Under the pieces are notes generated by a model, which was not told the DNA's origin, ran no database searches, and saw only the letters and a list, made by a program, of their open reading frames with translations. Source: Fimbriosthenelais zetlandica (taxonomy: Eukaryota). From it: a stretch of DNA of 64,000 bases. A program made the translations under genes and the position numbers. Shown here one piece after another: positions 1-10,360 of this stretch. The stretch is from NCBI GenBank assembly GCA_977030845.1, contig OZ365113.1, forward strand, positions 13,144,001 to 13,208,000, given 5' to 3'. Positions within the stretch are counted from its first letter, which is position 1. Each line of letters opens with the position of its first letter.

Positions 1-348
1 AACAATATGTCACCCGTTTTCATTAAATGAGTTTAAAGTCGTAAAGGTGAGATATAAGTGGCTTGTACACAGTGCTTTCAGGCCAATAGCATCGAATGGC
101 CCTGTGCGACTTTAGACTCGCTTACAGAAAACACCTCAAAAATGCAAGAAGCAAAGGAGCTGATTTGGCTGGACGGACCTCCCCTCGCTGACCAACCGTC
201 AAAAGCCTTGCGAATTTTGCCTGTTTTGTAACGAGAAAGGTATCAAACACCTACCGACTGTAAAGCTAGGGACCTAGGGTAAGGCTAGCCAAAAGGCGGT
301 CTCAAGGTTCTTGCAAGGGAGAGACCTGGGATCTGGTAGACTATAGTT

Positions 349-384
349 CTTCCAGAACGAGAAGTTAACTTCTCATTCTGGAAG
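349..384. other. 36-bp near-perfect DNA palindrome (hairpin/cruciform)
   Basis: cttccagaacgagaagttaacttctcattctggaag equals its own reverse complement except for one mismatched pair; it sits immediately left of long-repeat copy 1. Confidence 0.85.
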
Positions 385-390
385 TAATAA

Positions 391-1347
391 TAGGCCTGAT
401 GATATGTATGGGAAATAGTGAAGGAACGCCCAGCCCGGGTATAGGCCTTGTCTATAGGAAATGGTAGGATGGACGCCCGGCATGGGCCTTATTACATGGG
501 AAATGGTAGGCCTTCTGATAGGCCTATATATGGGAAATGTTAGGAGGAACGCTCTCTCCCGAGATATACAGCGGCGAAACGGTGAACTACAGTACTATGA
601 TTTTGCCAAAGCTCTCTGCTCCCTTCTCGGTGCGTTGGGTAGATCTTAGTAGAATAGTTCACCTTTCTGCCGCTGCAAATGTCGGGGTCGCTTCAGTCGT
701 GCTGGCTTGTCCTTCCATAGAGTCCAATGCTAAAGCCTCAAATTGGCACCATTTTGAAAAATCAAAATTTTAAATTAATTCTAGTTGTACAAAAATCACA
801 TAGATACCTGGATGTGCTTCCAACTAAGAATAATCCGTTTGAATTTTAATTTTAGACCCATTATTTACAAAGTTATTCAAGTTTTTCGACTTTTAGTGAG
901 AGGGCGCTGTTAAGGTTTTTAAAAGGCCAAATTATAGGCCAGTATACACACGGCCGATTGGTCAACTTCGCAAAAATCGGTATTATCTTCGTTTTACGTC
1001 TCTGCTCTTTTGATATTTATCAGTAGAGGTCATAAGTCATACATAACCGTTGTTTGGGGTAAAAATAACACATATTAAGTATGGAAAGAGCCGATTGGAG
1101 TGGACTGGCAAACCGGCTCTGTGGCACACATTCCTGTAATCGTGAGTGATTTTTAACATTGAGCCTATGGAGGGGACACTTTTTTCACAATCCAAAGGAT
1201 TTAAACAGGTTAACCATTTCGGATCAGGCTGAATTTTTTGGAGGAAGTTGGGGTCGGTGGCGGGGGTAGACATGAGAGTGGAGGTTGAGGTTGGGGGCCG
1301 GGGAGGGGCCTGGGGGGCTAAATAATTTTTAACATTGGACCCTATGG
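391..1347 (+). repeat. Long modular repeat, copy 1 (probable non-autonomous DNA transposon or foldback arm)
   Basis: Reverse complement of ~11290-12200 (5 differences, all transitions, over 941-1140) and a more diverged direct match to 12435-13125. Begins with degenerate units of the 52-bp minisatellite and ends in a G-rich module. Confidence 0.9.
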
Positions 1348-2151
1348 CAGCAGATATTTGCGCTAGATTATACAAACGGTAAAACCAGGAACTATTCGTT
1401 AAAACTGGTTGAGGTTGGCGTTTTAACATGGGGCAATTTCTGCTGTTTTCCAAGCTATAACATCCGGTAACATCACCTGCTCATAACTTGACAAGTTTTC
1501 ATCGATATTGAAGGGCTGTTTTGTGAGCCAAACAGGGATTACAACTACTAAATGTGAGTAGACTGACACTGAATTATAACGATTAACAGGCCATGCAGGT
1601 GACGAGTGTCAGGCAGCCTGCTGTACGGGTGTGTGCTCAGGAAATAACCACCGCAATCATGTCTTTGGCTTAATTTAGTATGGATGGCGGGGCCAAATGA
1701 ATGGGCCGTGGGTGTGACACGCATAGAGCTAGTGAAGGGCCCTGGCTTGAAGGGGGAACATTATGAGTTATATATAACAGACTTCTAAAAAACTAGGTAA
1801 ACACCTTAATAGATTAATTCAACTAAGGAGCCTATAAAATTTGTCCAATATAGGGAGGGGAGATAGGACATTAAACGCTAAACAACTGACGTTTTTTCCC
1901 ATCTCAAAATTTTTATTTCAGAATTTAATCATTATAAAACAGTAGGCGGTGGTCTGAGACCCACTTTAATTTTTGAAAATTTGTTTAATATATGAGGCCT
2001 AAATTATCTGTTCTCGTTCAGCCCTATACTAGTCCGACTTAGCCCAGGGACCCTGTACGAACTCACGGGACAAACTCACGGGACGGCTAGTAGGAAGGGC
2101 TTGAGTACGAAGGAATTTTAAGCTGAAAACCTTTGATGAGGTATTCGACTA

Positions 2152-2344
2152 CGTTATAGGCGGACTTTTTCTCAATTTGTTCCTGAAAATCACTTCGTTA
2201 TAAGCGGGAAATTCGCTATAACGAATTCGTTATATGCGGACCAAATTACATTAGATTTAACAGGAAATGAATCGGTTCTTGGGATTCAGTTCGTAATAAC
2301 CGAAATTTCGTTTTAAGCGTGCTCGTTATAGGCGGACTCCACTG
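2152..2344. mobile_element. One end of a pogo/Tigger-like (Tc1/mariner) MITE, truncated
   Basis: Ends in ...gctcgttataggcggactccactg followed by TA (2345-2346), i.e. a CAGTGGAGTCCGCCTATAACG-type TIR on the minus strand, with several subterminal cgttata-like repeats. The partner TIR is not visible. Confidence 0.65.
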
Positions 2345-2713
2345 TAAATAGTTTTGTTAACTTGCTTACTTTTGAGATGCCCCCTTATATATAAGCCATG
2401 TCCCTATTGATTGTAGGCCCTATCAGAGACCACACCTGAGTGATCCACAAATTAAATGCCAATCATGAGATATTACTGTCACATGTCATTTCAGTAATGT
2501 TAAACACCTTTATTTGGGTTAGATGCGCATTGTAATAGCTTTATTTAACATGAAAAATTATAGGAACATTCGAAACTGCTTATTTTCAGGTCAGAATGGT
2601 TGCAAAGAGCGCCTGGGCAGACCCAGCGGGAAACCAGGGAACCAAGATTGAGGGGTGCAACATATGCCACCTATCTTGCCACTGCTGTACTAGTACTAAT
2701 CACCTGATAATAA

Positions 2714-2965
2714 GAACCAATGGACAGACACCTAACAAAACCTCTAGTTGCTTGGCAGTGTGACGACTCTCAGGGCCAATGAGAAGGCCACTACAATCTT
2801 TCACCCACCCACTGAGGTTGCTAAGCACTGAGCTGTGATTTGCATCACCATGTGACACCTCTCTCGGCCAATGAGAAGGCTGATCTGAGGAAGTCTGCAG
2901 CAACGACCAACGACATCAGTCTTTTTCTTTCTGGACAGCAAAGGAGGCAGTTGTGTCAGGTGAGT
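2714..2965 (+). promoter_or_regulatory. Pol II promoter-like module: 3 CCAAT boxes, octamer, Inr and a 5' splice site (solo-LTR-like or transposon promoter)
   Basis: CCAAT at 2717, 2776 and 2868, the last two in a duplicated tgtgac..ctctc..ggccaatgagaagg context. ATTTGCAT at 2838-2845, TCAGTC Inr at 2916-2921, CAG|GTGAGT at 2957-2965. Confidence 0.5.
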
Positions 2966-5121
2966 GTTCACTCATAGGAATTTTTTCTGTATTCATTTTA
3001 TAGTCCCTGCCACCTTTCTCCACCTGGATCTGGACATCAACTTTCCTATTGTATTTACTTTAGTTTTTATTCTTATTCTCGGCCTGTATGACTTATTTAT
3101 CTAAATTCCTTAGTTGTTTTCTTAAACTTTCTTTTTAATCATATCCATGCGAGACTTGTGGAGAATGGCCAACTGGATTTTACAATAGTTTACTTGGTTT
3201 ATTTAGTTGATGTATTATATATTGTGTAAAATTTGTGGTGGTAATATGGCAGCCATTTTTATCACAGTACAATTTTTGGAACTATTCAGCCTGTGTACTG
3301 GCCGCATTACTGTAATACAACGAGACTATTCTGAGTTAACGTTCTGTTAAATTTGTATCCATGCCTATACTTAATGTTCTTTCACTTGTCTTTTCATACT
3401 GACACGACCATACGTTCAGGGGCACCAGGCATTTCCCCACTCTCCATTCGTACTGCCGTCGTTCAACCACCCTTCATTCGTCCAGTAAATACTGACAAAA
3501 AGTAAGTTATTTTATTCCTTGCTATTGGGCCCAACTAAGAATTGGTGATTTTCTCGTGGCATTCATGAAGGCAGGACTGCAATATTTCAATGGCTTGTTA
3601 ATTACGCAGTTTCCTATTGCTGAATTCCCCCCTTGTTTTGGGCTGTCCAACAAGGTTTCTTTTAAAGAAATTATCCCCATTGGAGAGCTGTATTTGTCTG
3701 CTAACTTATCAGAAATAGTTAAATTGATTTAAATTTGAGCCGTTGTGCGCCAAATTATCTCCTAACCCTTTCACAAATTTCTTTCGGAATTTAATTACCC
3801 TTATGCACTAAAGTATCCCCAAATCTTTTAGAAACTCATTTGGCGCTTAGCAGCCTTTGTGCACTAAAGAAATATAGAAGTTAGCTACACATTTCAGAGC
3901 GTTAATTTGCTAAATTATCCCCAAAGATTTGTTTGCCCCATGAATGCACCAGGAAGCCACCAATTTGTATTCTAGGCCTTACCTCTTTACTTGAATGCAA
4001 GACTTGAGCATTGGTTACTTCTTTACAAACTGGGAAAAAGTACAGCCTATTGGCCAGGTAATATTTTTAATTGTTATTTTAACCCGCAATCTAGGGTACT
4101 TTCCTTGCAGCCATAAAGTTTAAATCCATCTCCCAAACGAATTCAGTCAGTCCGCAGCTCAAGTCTTGTCTCAAGCATTTCATAATTTAGTTGAGTGAAG
4201 TTGTTAGACTCGAGGCTTAGTTTAAGTAGGAAGGGGAATGTTTAACTGCCGCGTCCCAACCCCTGACTACGGGCATGAAAATTCTATGGCAATAAATTTC
4301 ATGGCTTTGCAAAACTGAAAATCTTAATTTTGACCAGATTAAGAGGCTTCTAAAGTATACCAAGATATGTAGTATATTACTAATGTAAATTAATTGAAGC
4401 AAGTTAGGTAAAAAGCTGTAAGGGTCAATTAGTGAAAGTTAGTAATTATTTGCTGTATAGGCTTAATTGTAGTTAGACTGCAAGTTTAGTCTTTATTTAT
4501 TTTAAATTGATTTTCTAAGTGCATTTATCTTTCAAATAGCCATTAGGAACTAGGAAGGAATTTTAGACAATTGATATATTCTAAAAGAGCCAACCTAAAA
4601 AAATTGATAGGCTATTAAAATTAGGTCCGAAAGTTTGGTGCGTTTCTGTAACAGTAATATCCAAATAAGCTAGATCTAGGCCTTTAAATGATTTGCCAAA
4701 CTAGATAGAGGATAAACTCTATGGCCTTTTTCAGTATAATTTGTGTTCTTAAATAAACCAAAAATCTCAACTCTGTAGTTCTAGACAGGTTTGTTAGAAA
4801 TTTCATTTATGGCTTATTTAGGAAAACTAATTTCTGTGTAGATAATGTAGCTTTAGATTTGCAATACATGGTAAATTTGTGTACACTGCAAATAAATTTG
4901 TATACCTAAATAAGCCAAAATTAGGATACACTATATAGCATAAGGTGAAGCTGAGTGATATGAAAATAGAAGTAGGCATTTCAGTGTGTTCAATTTTATT
5001 ATCAAAATTAATGTTCTTTTCCCAGAGATGTGTCAAAATGTTATCTTGATTTCTAAGACTGTTTTATGTCTTCTTTTCCAGGGGATATCCATGCAGCAGA
5101 GGTAAAGTGCTTGAGATGTAT

Positions 5122-5210
5122 GAAAATGGACCATTGTAGCAGTTTGATGTCCCAAGAAGACCTGAAAACTGACCATTGTAGCAGTGTGATGTCCCAAGAA
5201 GACCTGAAAA
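5122..5210. repeat. 42-bp tandem duplication
   Basis: gaccattgtagcagt(t/g)tgatgtcccaagaagacctgaaaa starts at 5129 and 5171. Confidence 0.9.
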
Positions 5211-5292
5211 ACAAGAAGTTGCAGCTTGATTCTTATGGTGAAATAAAATTGTTGAACTGAAATTGTATATATGTTTGTATTCCTTTTACAGC

Positions 5293-5401
5293 TCTTTTAA
5301 TTTGTTTGGTCTTTCTTGCCCAATTGATGGGAAGATTGACTGAACAAATTAAAAGATGTGCCTCTGGGCTTAACCCCTGTCATGGGGGTTAAGTCTGGAG
5401 G
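5293..5401 (+). ncRNA. Two abutting stem-loops (64 nt and 41 nt); candidate structured RNA or element terminus
   Basis: Hairpin 1 has a 19-bp contiguous stem (5293-5311/5338-5356) plus an 8-bp inner stem. Hairpin 2 has a 17-bp stem (5361-5377/5385-5401). All five non-Watson-Crick pairs in the main stems are G.T on the + strand. The structure is seen; RNA status is inferred. Confidence 0.4.
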
Positions 5402-5446
5402 TCATTTTTTGAAAAATCCTGGCCGTGTGGGCAGAACCTATCTCGA

Positions 5447-5817
5447 GTGTCAACGTCAACTGGCCCCTCTGGCCATTGACAGTAGCTTTGGACTTGGAAG
5501 ATTTTCCAAACTCAACTGTCAGTAGTGACTAGTCACTATTGACAGTAGAGAAGGAAACAAAAAAAAAAGTTAATGTCAACTAGTTGACAGTGCTTCTACT
5601 AGTGTAGTAGAAGCAATGTCAACTAGTTGACAGTAGAGAACAAGATAGAAAAAAAATAGAAGATAGAAATAAGAAAAAAAAATTAAACTGTCAACTATGA
5701 CAGTGTCTATAAGAGACATTGCCAGTAGTTGACAGTGACAATTTTGAAATGGTAACAGAGCAGTAGTTGACAGAATAATTTTGAAATGGTAACAGAGCAG
5801 TAGTTGACAGTGACAGT
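5447..5817. repeat. Array of GTTGAC/GTCAAC (TTGACAG) motifs, including two perfect 16-bp palindromes and a ~38-bp tandem duplication
   Basis: TGTCAACTAGTTGACA at 5574-5589 and 5617-5632; about seven TTGACAG copies; aattttgaaatggtaacagagcagtagttgacag duplicated at ~5740-5810. Confidence 0.8.
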
Positions 5818-5834
5818 GGAGCAGTAGTGGAGAT

Positions 5835-6007
5835 ACTTAAATGAAGGAAGGTACTTAAACTAAATTAGTTAGAAAAGAAGTAAAGGAAAGGAGATAAAAG
5901 ACTTAAGAAAGGAAAGGAGCAGTAAAACTTAAATGAATATTAGACTTAAGAAGGTACTTAAACTATATTAGTTCACAGTGTGAAGGACTTAAAACAAGGA
6001 AACTTAA
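5835..6007. repeat. Array of eight ACTTAA hexamers in purine-rich sequence
   Basis: ACTTAA at 5835, 5853, 5901, 5927, 5944, 5956, 5987 and 6002. Confidence 0.8.
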
Positions 6008-6409
6008 CATGATAGACTAGAAATGAACTTAGTAGACAGGGTTATAAGAGAATATCTTAAAACTACCTGAAACAGACATTGAATAGAACCAAAATTGACT
6101 TATTTCTATGCCTGCGCTAGCCACTGTGACGAAAACCAAGCAAAATTGATGGACTGAAGGGCAGGAGGAAATTTTGGAGAAGTGGGAGTTGAGGGAGGGA
6201 GGATGGATGTAGGAATTCTTAGGAGGCAGACGTATAAAGGAACGGGAGAACACTATGGACCAGGCTGTGATAGTGGGGAGGGTGACAGGAAATAAAATAA
6301 AATTTATAGGTGTAGGAATATCCATTGATAGAGGGAGAATAATAAAAGTGGGGGTGGGGGTTGAGTGGAGGGCGAGTTAGAGTGGAGACTGGAGGAGTGA
6401 GTTGCAGTC

Positions 6410-6520
6410 GGAGAAGGTTTGGAGGGAGGAGAAGGTAGGGAGGGAGGGAGGAGAAGGGAGGGAGGGAGGAGAAGGGAGGGAGGGAGGAGAAGGTTGGGAG
6501 GGAGGAGAAGGTAGGGAGGA
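6410..6520. repeat. Homopurine minisatellite, ~18-bp unit (gggagggaggagaagg..)
   Basis: About six imperfect copies, almost pyrimidine-free on the + strand. It generates the PS-rich spurious minus-strand ORFs. Confidence 0.85.
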
Positions 6521-7020
6521 AACGAGCGAATTTGGATGGTGAATGGCTAGCCCAAGCACAGGAATATATATAAAAGAAATACATACACCGATTTGGATTA
6601 GAAAGGAGAAACTTAATATAGAGAAGCAGCACAGAATAAATATCCTAAGTTCAATGGAAATTGACTGAACTGAAGAAAACTCGATTGAATGCTACAGAAG
6701 AATATAAAGGAATTGTAGACAAAATAAATGGTAAAGAACTGTCCTAACACAAGAACGAACTCGATATAGAGCTAGGGTATACTGCATTGAACTAAATCTA
6801 ATCAAATAGCCGTAACAAAATGGAGTCGGATGGAATATACTCAATAAATTCTACAAATAAAACTGGGTTATAAAAAACAAATGGACTAAAGACGAGCAGG
6901 CCTGTACTTTATGGGTGAAAAATGTCACTAGAAACTAAAATAAACTAAACTAAAATAACTGCCCTAACAAAGCGAATATAAAACTTCAAATAGAGACAAG
7001 AATATCAAGTAGGATCATGT

Positions 7021-7790
7021 ACTATATTAAATCTACAAATAAAAATGGATCTAAAAAAACTTGGACTACATTTATAAGACTTAATGGGAGGGACGGGAGG
7101 TCAATGCTAATCGAATTAAATCCAGATGGGTCCACAAAATAGAATCGACGAGGATAGAACAGGAACTCTAAGATAAAGCTTTGTCTACAATATATAAGAG
7201 TATAAGAGAATAGGGACAAATTAACCGATACTCAGTGAGAAAATGGAGCTTAATAGATTTGACATGGACAAAAATATCAAGGAGCTAAAAAAAGGAGGAG
7301 CCATCGTGATAAACTAATAAAATATAATAAACTAATTCGGAATATTGAGCTCTATAAAATTATAAAGAGTACTTCAACTAGCATAGACTGAGCTCTATAT
7401 AGGCCTAAAGAGTGATTCAACTAGCATAGACTGCCCTGAAATGTGAAAGACACTGAACTATATCTAAAAAAATCGAAAATATTTAAAGAGCCAAAAGACA
7501 ATGGAATAGGAGGGTATATACTAAACTAAGTCTACAATCAATCTAAATTAGAACAGAAATATAATCAAAAGGCTGGACAAAATATGACACTCTACTTCAT
7601 GAGAGAGAGAGAAAGGAGATAAATGTCAATAGAATTAAATCCAAAAGATAGAATGGACGAGTATATAATGCACTCAGTACAGAGGCAATACAGAATACAA
7701 CTACAATATAGGGAGATAATAGGCGACTAAGTAGCCTCACTCAATGAGTTAATAGATTTTAAAAGTAGAATTATATCAGGGAGCTACAAT
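7021..7790 (+). pseudogene. Purine-rich, stop-riddled region with a diverged ~500-bp-period duplication; possibly decayed coding sequence
   Basis: Collinear anchors are shared between 7021-7290 and 7520-7790 (tctacaa, gaattaaatcca, atagaatNgacgag, ttaatagattt, atatcaNggagcta). They translate as MLIELNP and MSIELNP at 7104 and 7623. No intact ORF. Confidence 0.3.
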
Positions 7791-8349
7791 AGCATAGACT
7801 AGGCGGACAGAGATAAACCTAAAAGCCATGAAAGAATTATAATGAAATTAAAGATATATAAGGCCAAGAAAATGTATTACTATCCCTTCTTTCTTTAGAT
7901 CATTAGCCTGAAATCTATGTCATCGGTTCTGTCTTGATTCCTGTTTTTTGCGGGTTCCCTCGGTGGAAATAACAAAATTAATGTTTATCTATATTGGTCT
8001 TCCTTTTTTTACTTTCTTTACTTTACCCATTATAATATCTGAAAAAACGATGGCAAAACTATATGAAATGGGAGAAGCTTTTAAACTAAGAGGTACCAAA
8101 CTCATGTCTATCTACAACTTACATGAATCGCCAACAAACGGACAAAAGACAGTAAGATAATCGACTCCATGCACTAAGAAGAAACATTGGACAAGCCCTC
8201 AACGAGAAACTACCTATGTTTTAATTACACAAAAGACTAAGCTGATAAGGAAAGGAACAGACAAGACCCCGACAAGTCGAAAGTACAGAGAACATGTTAA
8301 TAATTGTGCTTAGTTAACCAAAACATGCAAAAGATACTTAACACCTAGT

Positions 8350-8624
8350 ATGCACCAGTCAATGTACCGCCCTCCTCCAACCCCCAGGCTGACCAGGAGA
8401 TTTCAGACCAACTCCAAAAATTAAGTCTTAATTCCCGGGCATCCTTACAATTATAAGTCGGAAATGCTGTGATTTCATAATAATATTATCATCACTGTTT
8501 ATAATGTTAAATGTATTGAAATTTCCAAGACGAAAAATCTACAGTCTGAATTCCGGCGTCGTTCTGCCCCAAATGGTCTAAACCCCCAGGTCAGCCCGCG
8601 GGGGCGGTGTTCGGGGGCACATTG
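8350..8624. mobile_element. MITE (~275 bp) with ~60-bp imperfect terminal inverted repeats
   Basis: atgcaccagtcaatgt...ggctgaccaggagatttcagacca at the left is the approximate reverse complement of tggtctaaacccccaggtcagcc...acattgacttgtgcat at the right. The TSD is not clean, so the superfamily is unassigned. Confidence 0.75.
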
Positions 8625-10202
8625 ACTTGTGCATTAATTAGTTTAATTGTCTTACCTTCAGCCAGGTAGTCAGGAGGAACTCAGATGATTGTTGTGCCTG
8701 AAGAAATGTTCTCTCATGTGAAGCTGGAGAAGTAGAGACAATGACGATGCAGCAGGGCGTGGCACAACGATTTTTCCCCTAAAATATGATAAATAATATT
8801 AGCAAAAGGAAAAATATATTGTACAGAGATGTGAAAGAGTACAATTATTAGCATGAAAAACAGTGGCGTCTGCAAGAGAGAGGGGAAGGGCAAAGATAAT
8901 TAGGAGGAAACTTAGGATATATAGTTTATAGTTTACAGAAATTGGAAATTTGGTGGACCATTTTGTACCTCTTAAATTGTCTGAGTTTCTGGTATTTTGA
9001 TAACTGCGTTATTTCCCTTACTAACTAACTTTCATATTGCATTTATTGACTACTAAACTTAAATTTGACCAGCTAAATGTAATCTATAGATTAGTGGTCT
9101 GCACGGTCCACCAGATTCAACATTTAATTTCGAGCCCTGTAAACACATTATATAAGTATCATAATTATTTAAAGGCGGACAAATTTTCATAGTCCTAATT
9201 TAAACGCTGACGTTGGGAACCTTCATAGAAATTATAGCCTATATCTGTAGGCTTACACATAGTAATTTCGAATCATGCGTTTCACAAAGCCAGCAAGGTG
9301 ATCGAGGGGACGCCATATTGTACACATGTACTAGTGTAACTCTCAGACAACTTGCACAATTCAAGATCCAATTTTCTCCCATATATCCAACATGTAAAAT
9401 ATTATAACACATCAATATACAATCCCTACAATACAAACTTAATGTTCAACACAAAATTAGCTGACAAATCTGGTTAAAAACTTACATTTTCATGAATATT
9501 TCCTTAGGAACTTGCCAGTGAGATTCCAGGACAAGCGTGTCCACACACCTGTAAGCAAGGCGGTGCAGGAGGTGTTCGGATCAATAAGCCAATACAAATC
9601 ATCCCAATGGTCTGAAACCGAATATACAAAATTGCGATATTAGGAAAATGTGTTTTCTATTCATATCATACTTTTTATGGTTGATTTGAATGATTTCGGA
9701 TAAGTTGACTTCGAGAGAAGTTTTTTGGTAAGGTCCACGGTTTCTGAACACACCCAGACTGACCTGACCACCCTGATCTGTCAATTATAAGTTGGTAACC
9801 GAGAAAATATGTAACAACAAATCTATAAAACACCAATCAAGTCGTTCACTGCTTCCGAATTGTCTGTGATCAATGGACTCGAAAAAAAATCGTGTCAAAG
9901 ATATTTTAAAGGAAAACAATGATGAAATATAATATCGGGCCCCATTAAAAGATTCCTGGACTAGGTTACCATTACACAGCATATTATCAGCCACCTCTCA
10001 CAATGTCATACTCTCTTGACTTCATGTCAATTTAACATATTTAATCTAGTCAGAACTCGACATTTAGCCTACAATCTGAGACTCCCATTTTGTTTTGCTA
10101 TCACTTGGAAAAATCATTTGGTCAGTCCTACCTGGACTTTTATGATCTCCAACTCCCATTTTTCTATATAGCTTATCACAGGTAGGGTGAAGCGCCTAAG
10201 TA

Positions 10203-10280
10203 GCCAAAACTGGATCTAGATCAGTTGGTAGGGTGGCGCATTAGAAACTGGATTGTCGTGGGTTCGAATCCTCTTTGGTG
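10203..10280 (+). mobile_element. tRNA-derived SINE head or tRNA pseudogene
   Basis: A-box-like tagatcagttggtag and B-box ggttcgaatcc at tRNA-like spacing; the cloverleaf is degenerate. Confidence 0.55.
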
Positions 10281-10360
10281 CTGTGGGTAGGCCTATGCAT
10301 TTTCCTCTCTGCAAAAGTGTGATGAGAAATGCACATGTATAGACGAATACATTGTATTTG

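Noticed and set aside
68-74. CACAGTG (RSS heptamer, RAG/Transib-like end)
   Set aside because: No nonamer at 12- or 23-bp spacing and no partner end; a 7-mer is expected by chance.
1037-1453. 138-aa minus-strand ORF
   Set aside because: Lies mostly in repeat copy 1 with its start outside the repeat. The Pro-rich part comes from the G-rich module and no domain is recognisable.
6219-6632. 137-aa and 60-aa Pro/Ser/Leu-rich minus-strand ORFs
   Set aside because: Antisense read-through of the homopurine minisatellite.
8659-8770. Minus-strand peptide IVIVSTSPASHERTF...EFLLTT resembling the hAT dimerisation motif (PVSSASCERSFS)
   Set aside because: Only about five matching residues and no flanking transposase similarity. 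A TBLASTN or HMM hit to the hAT C-terminal domain would be needed.
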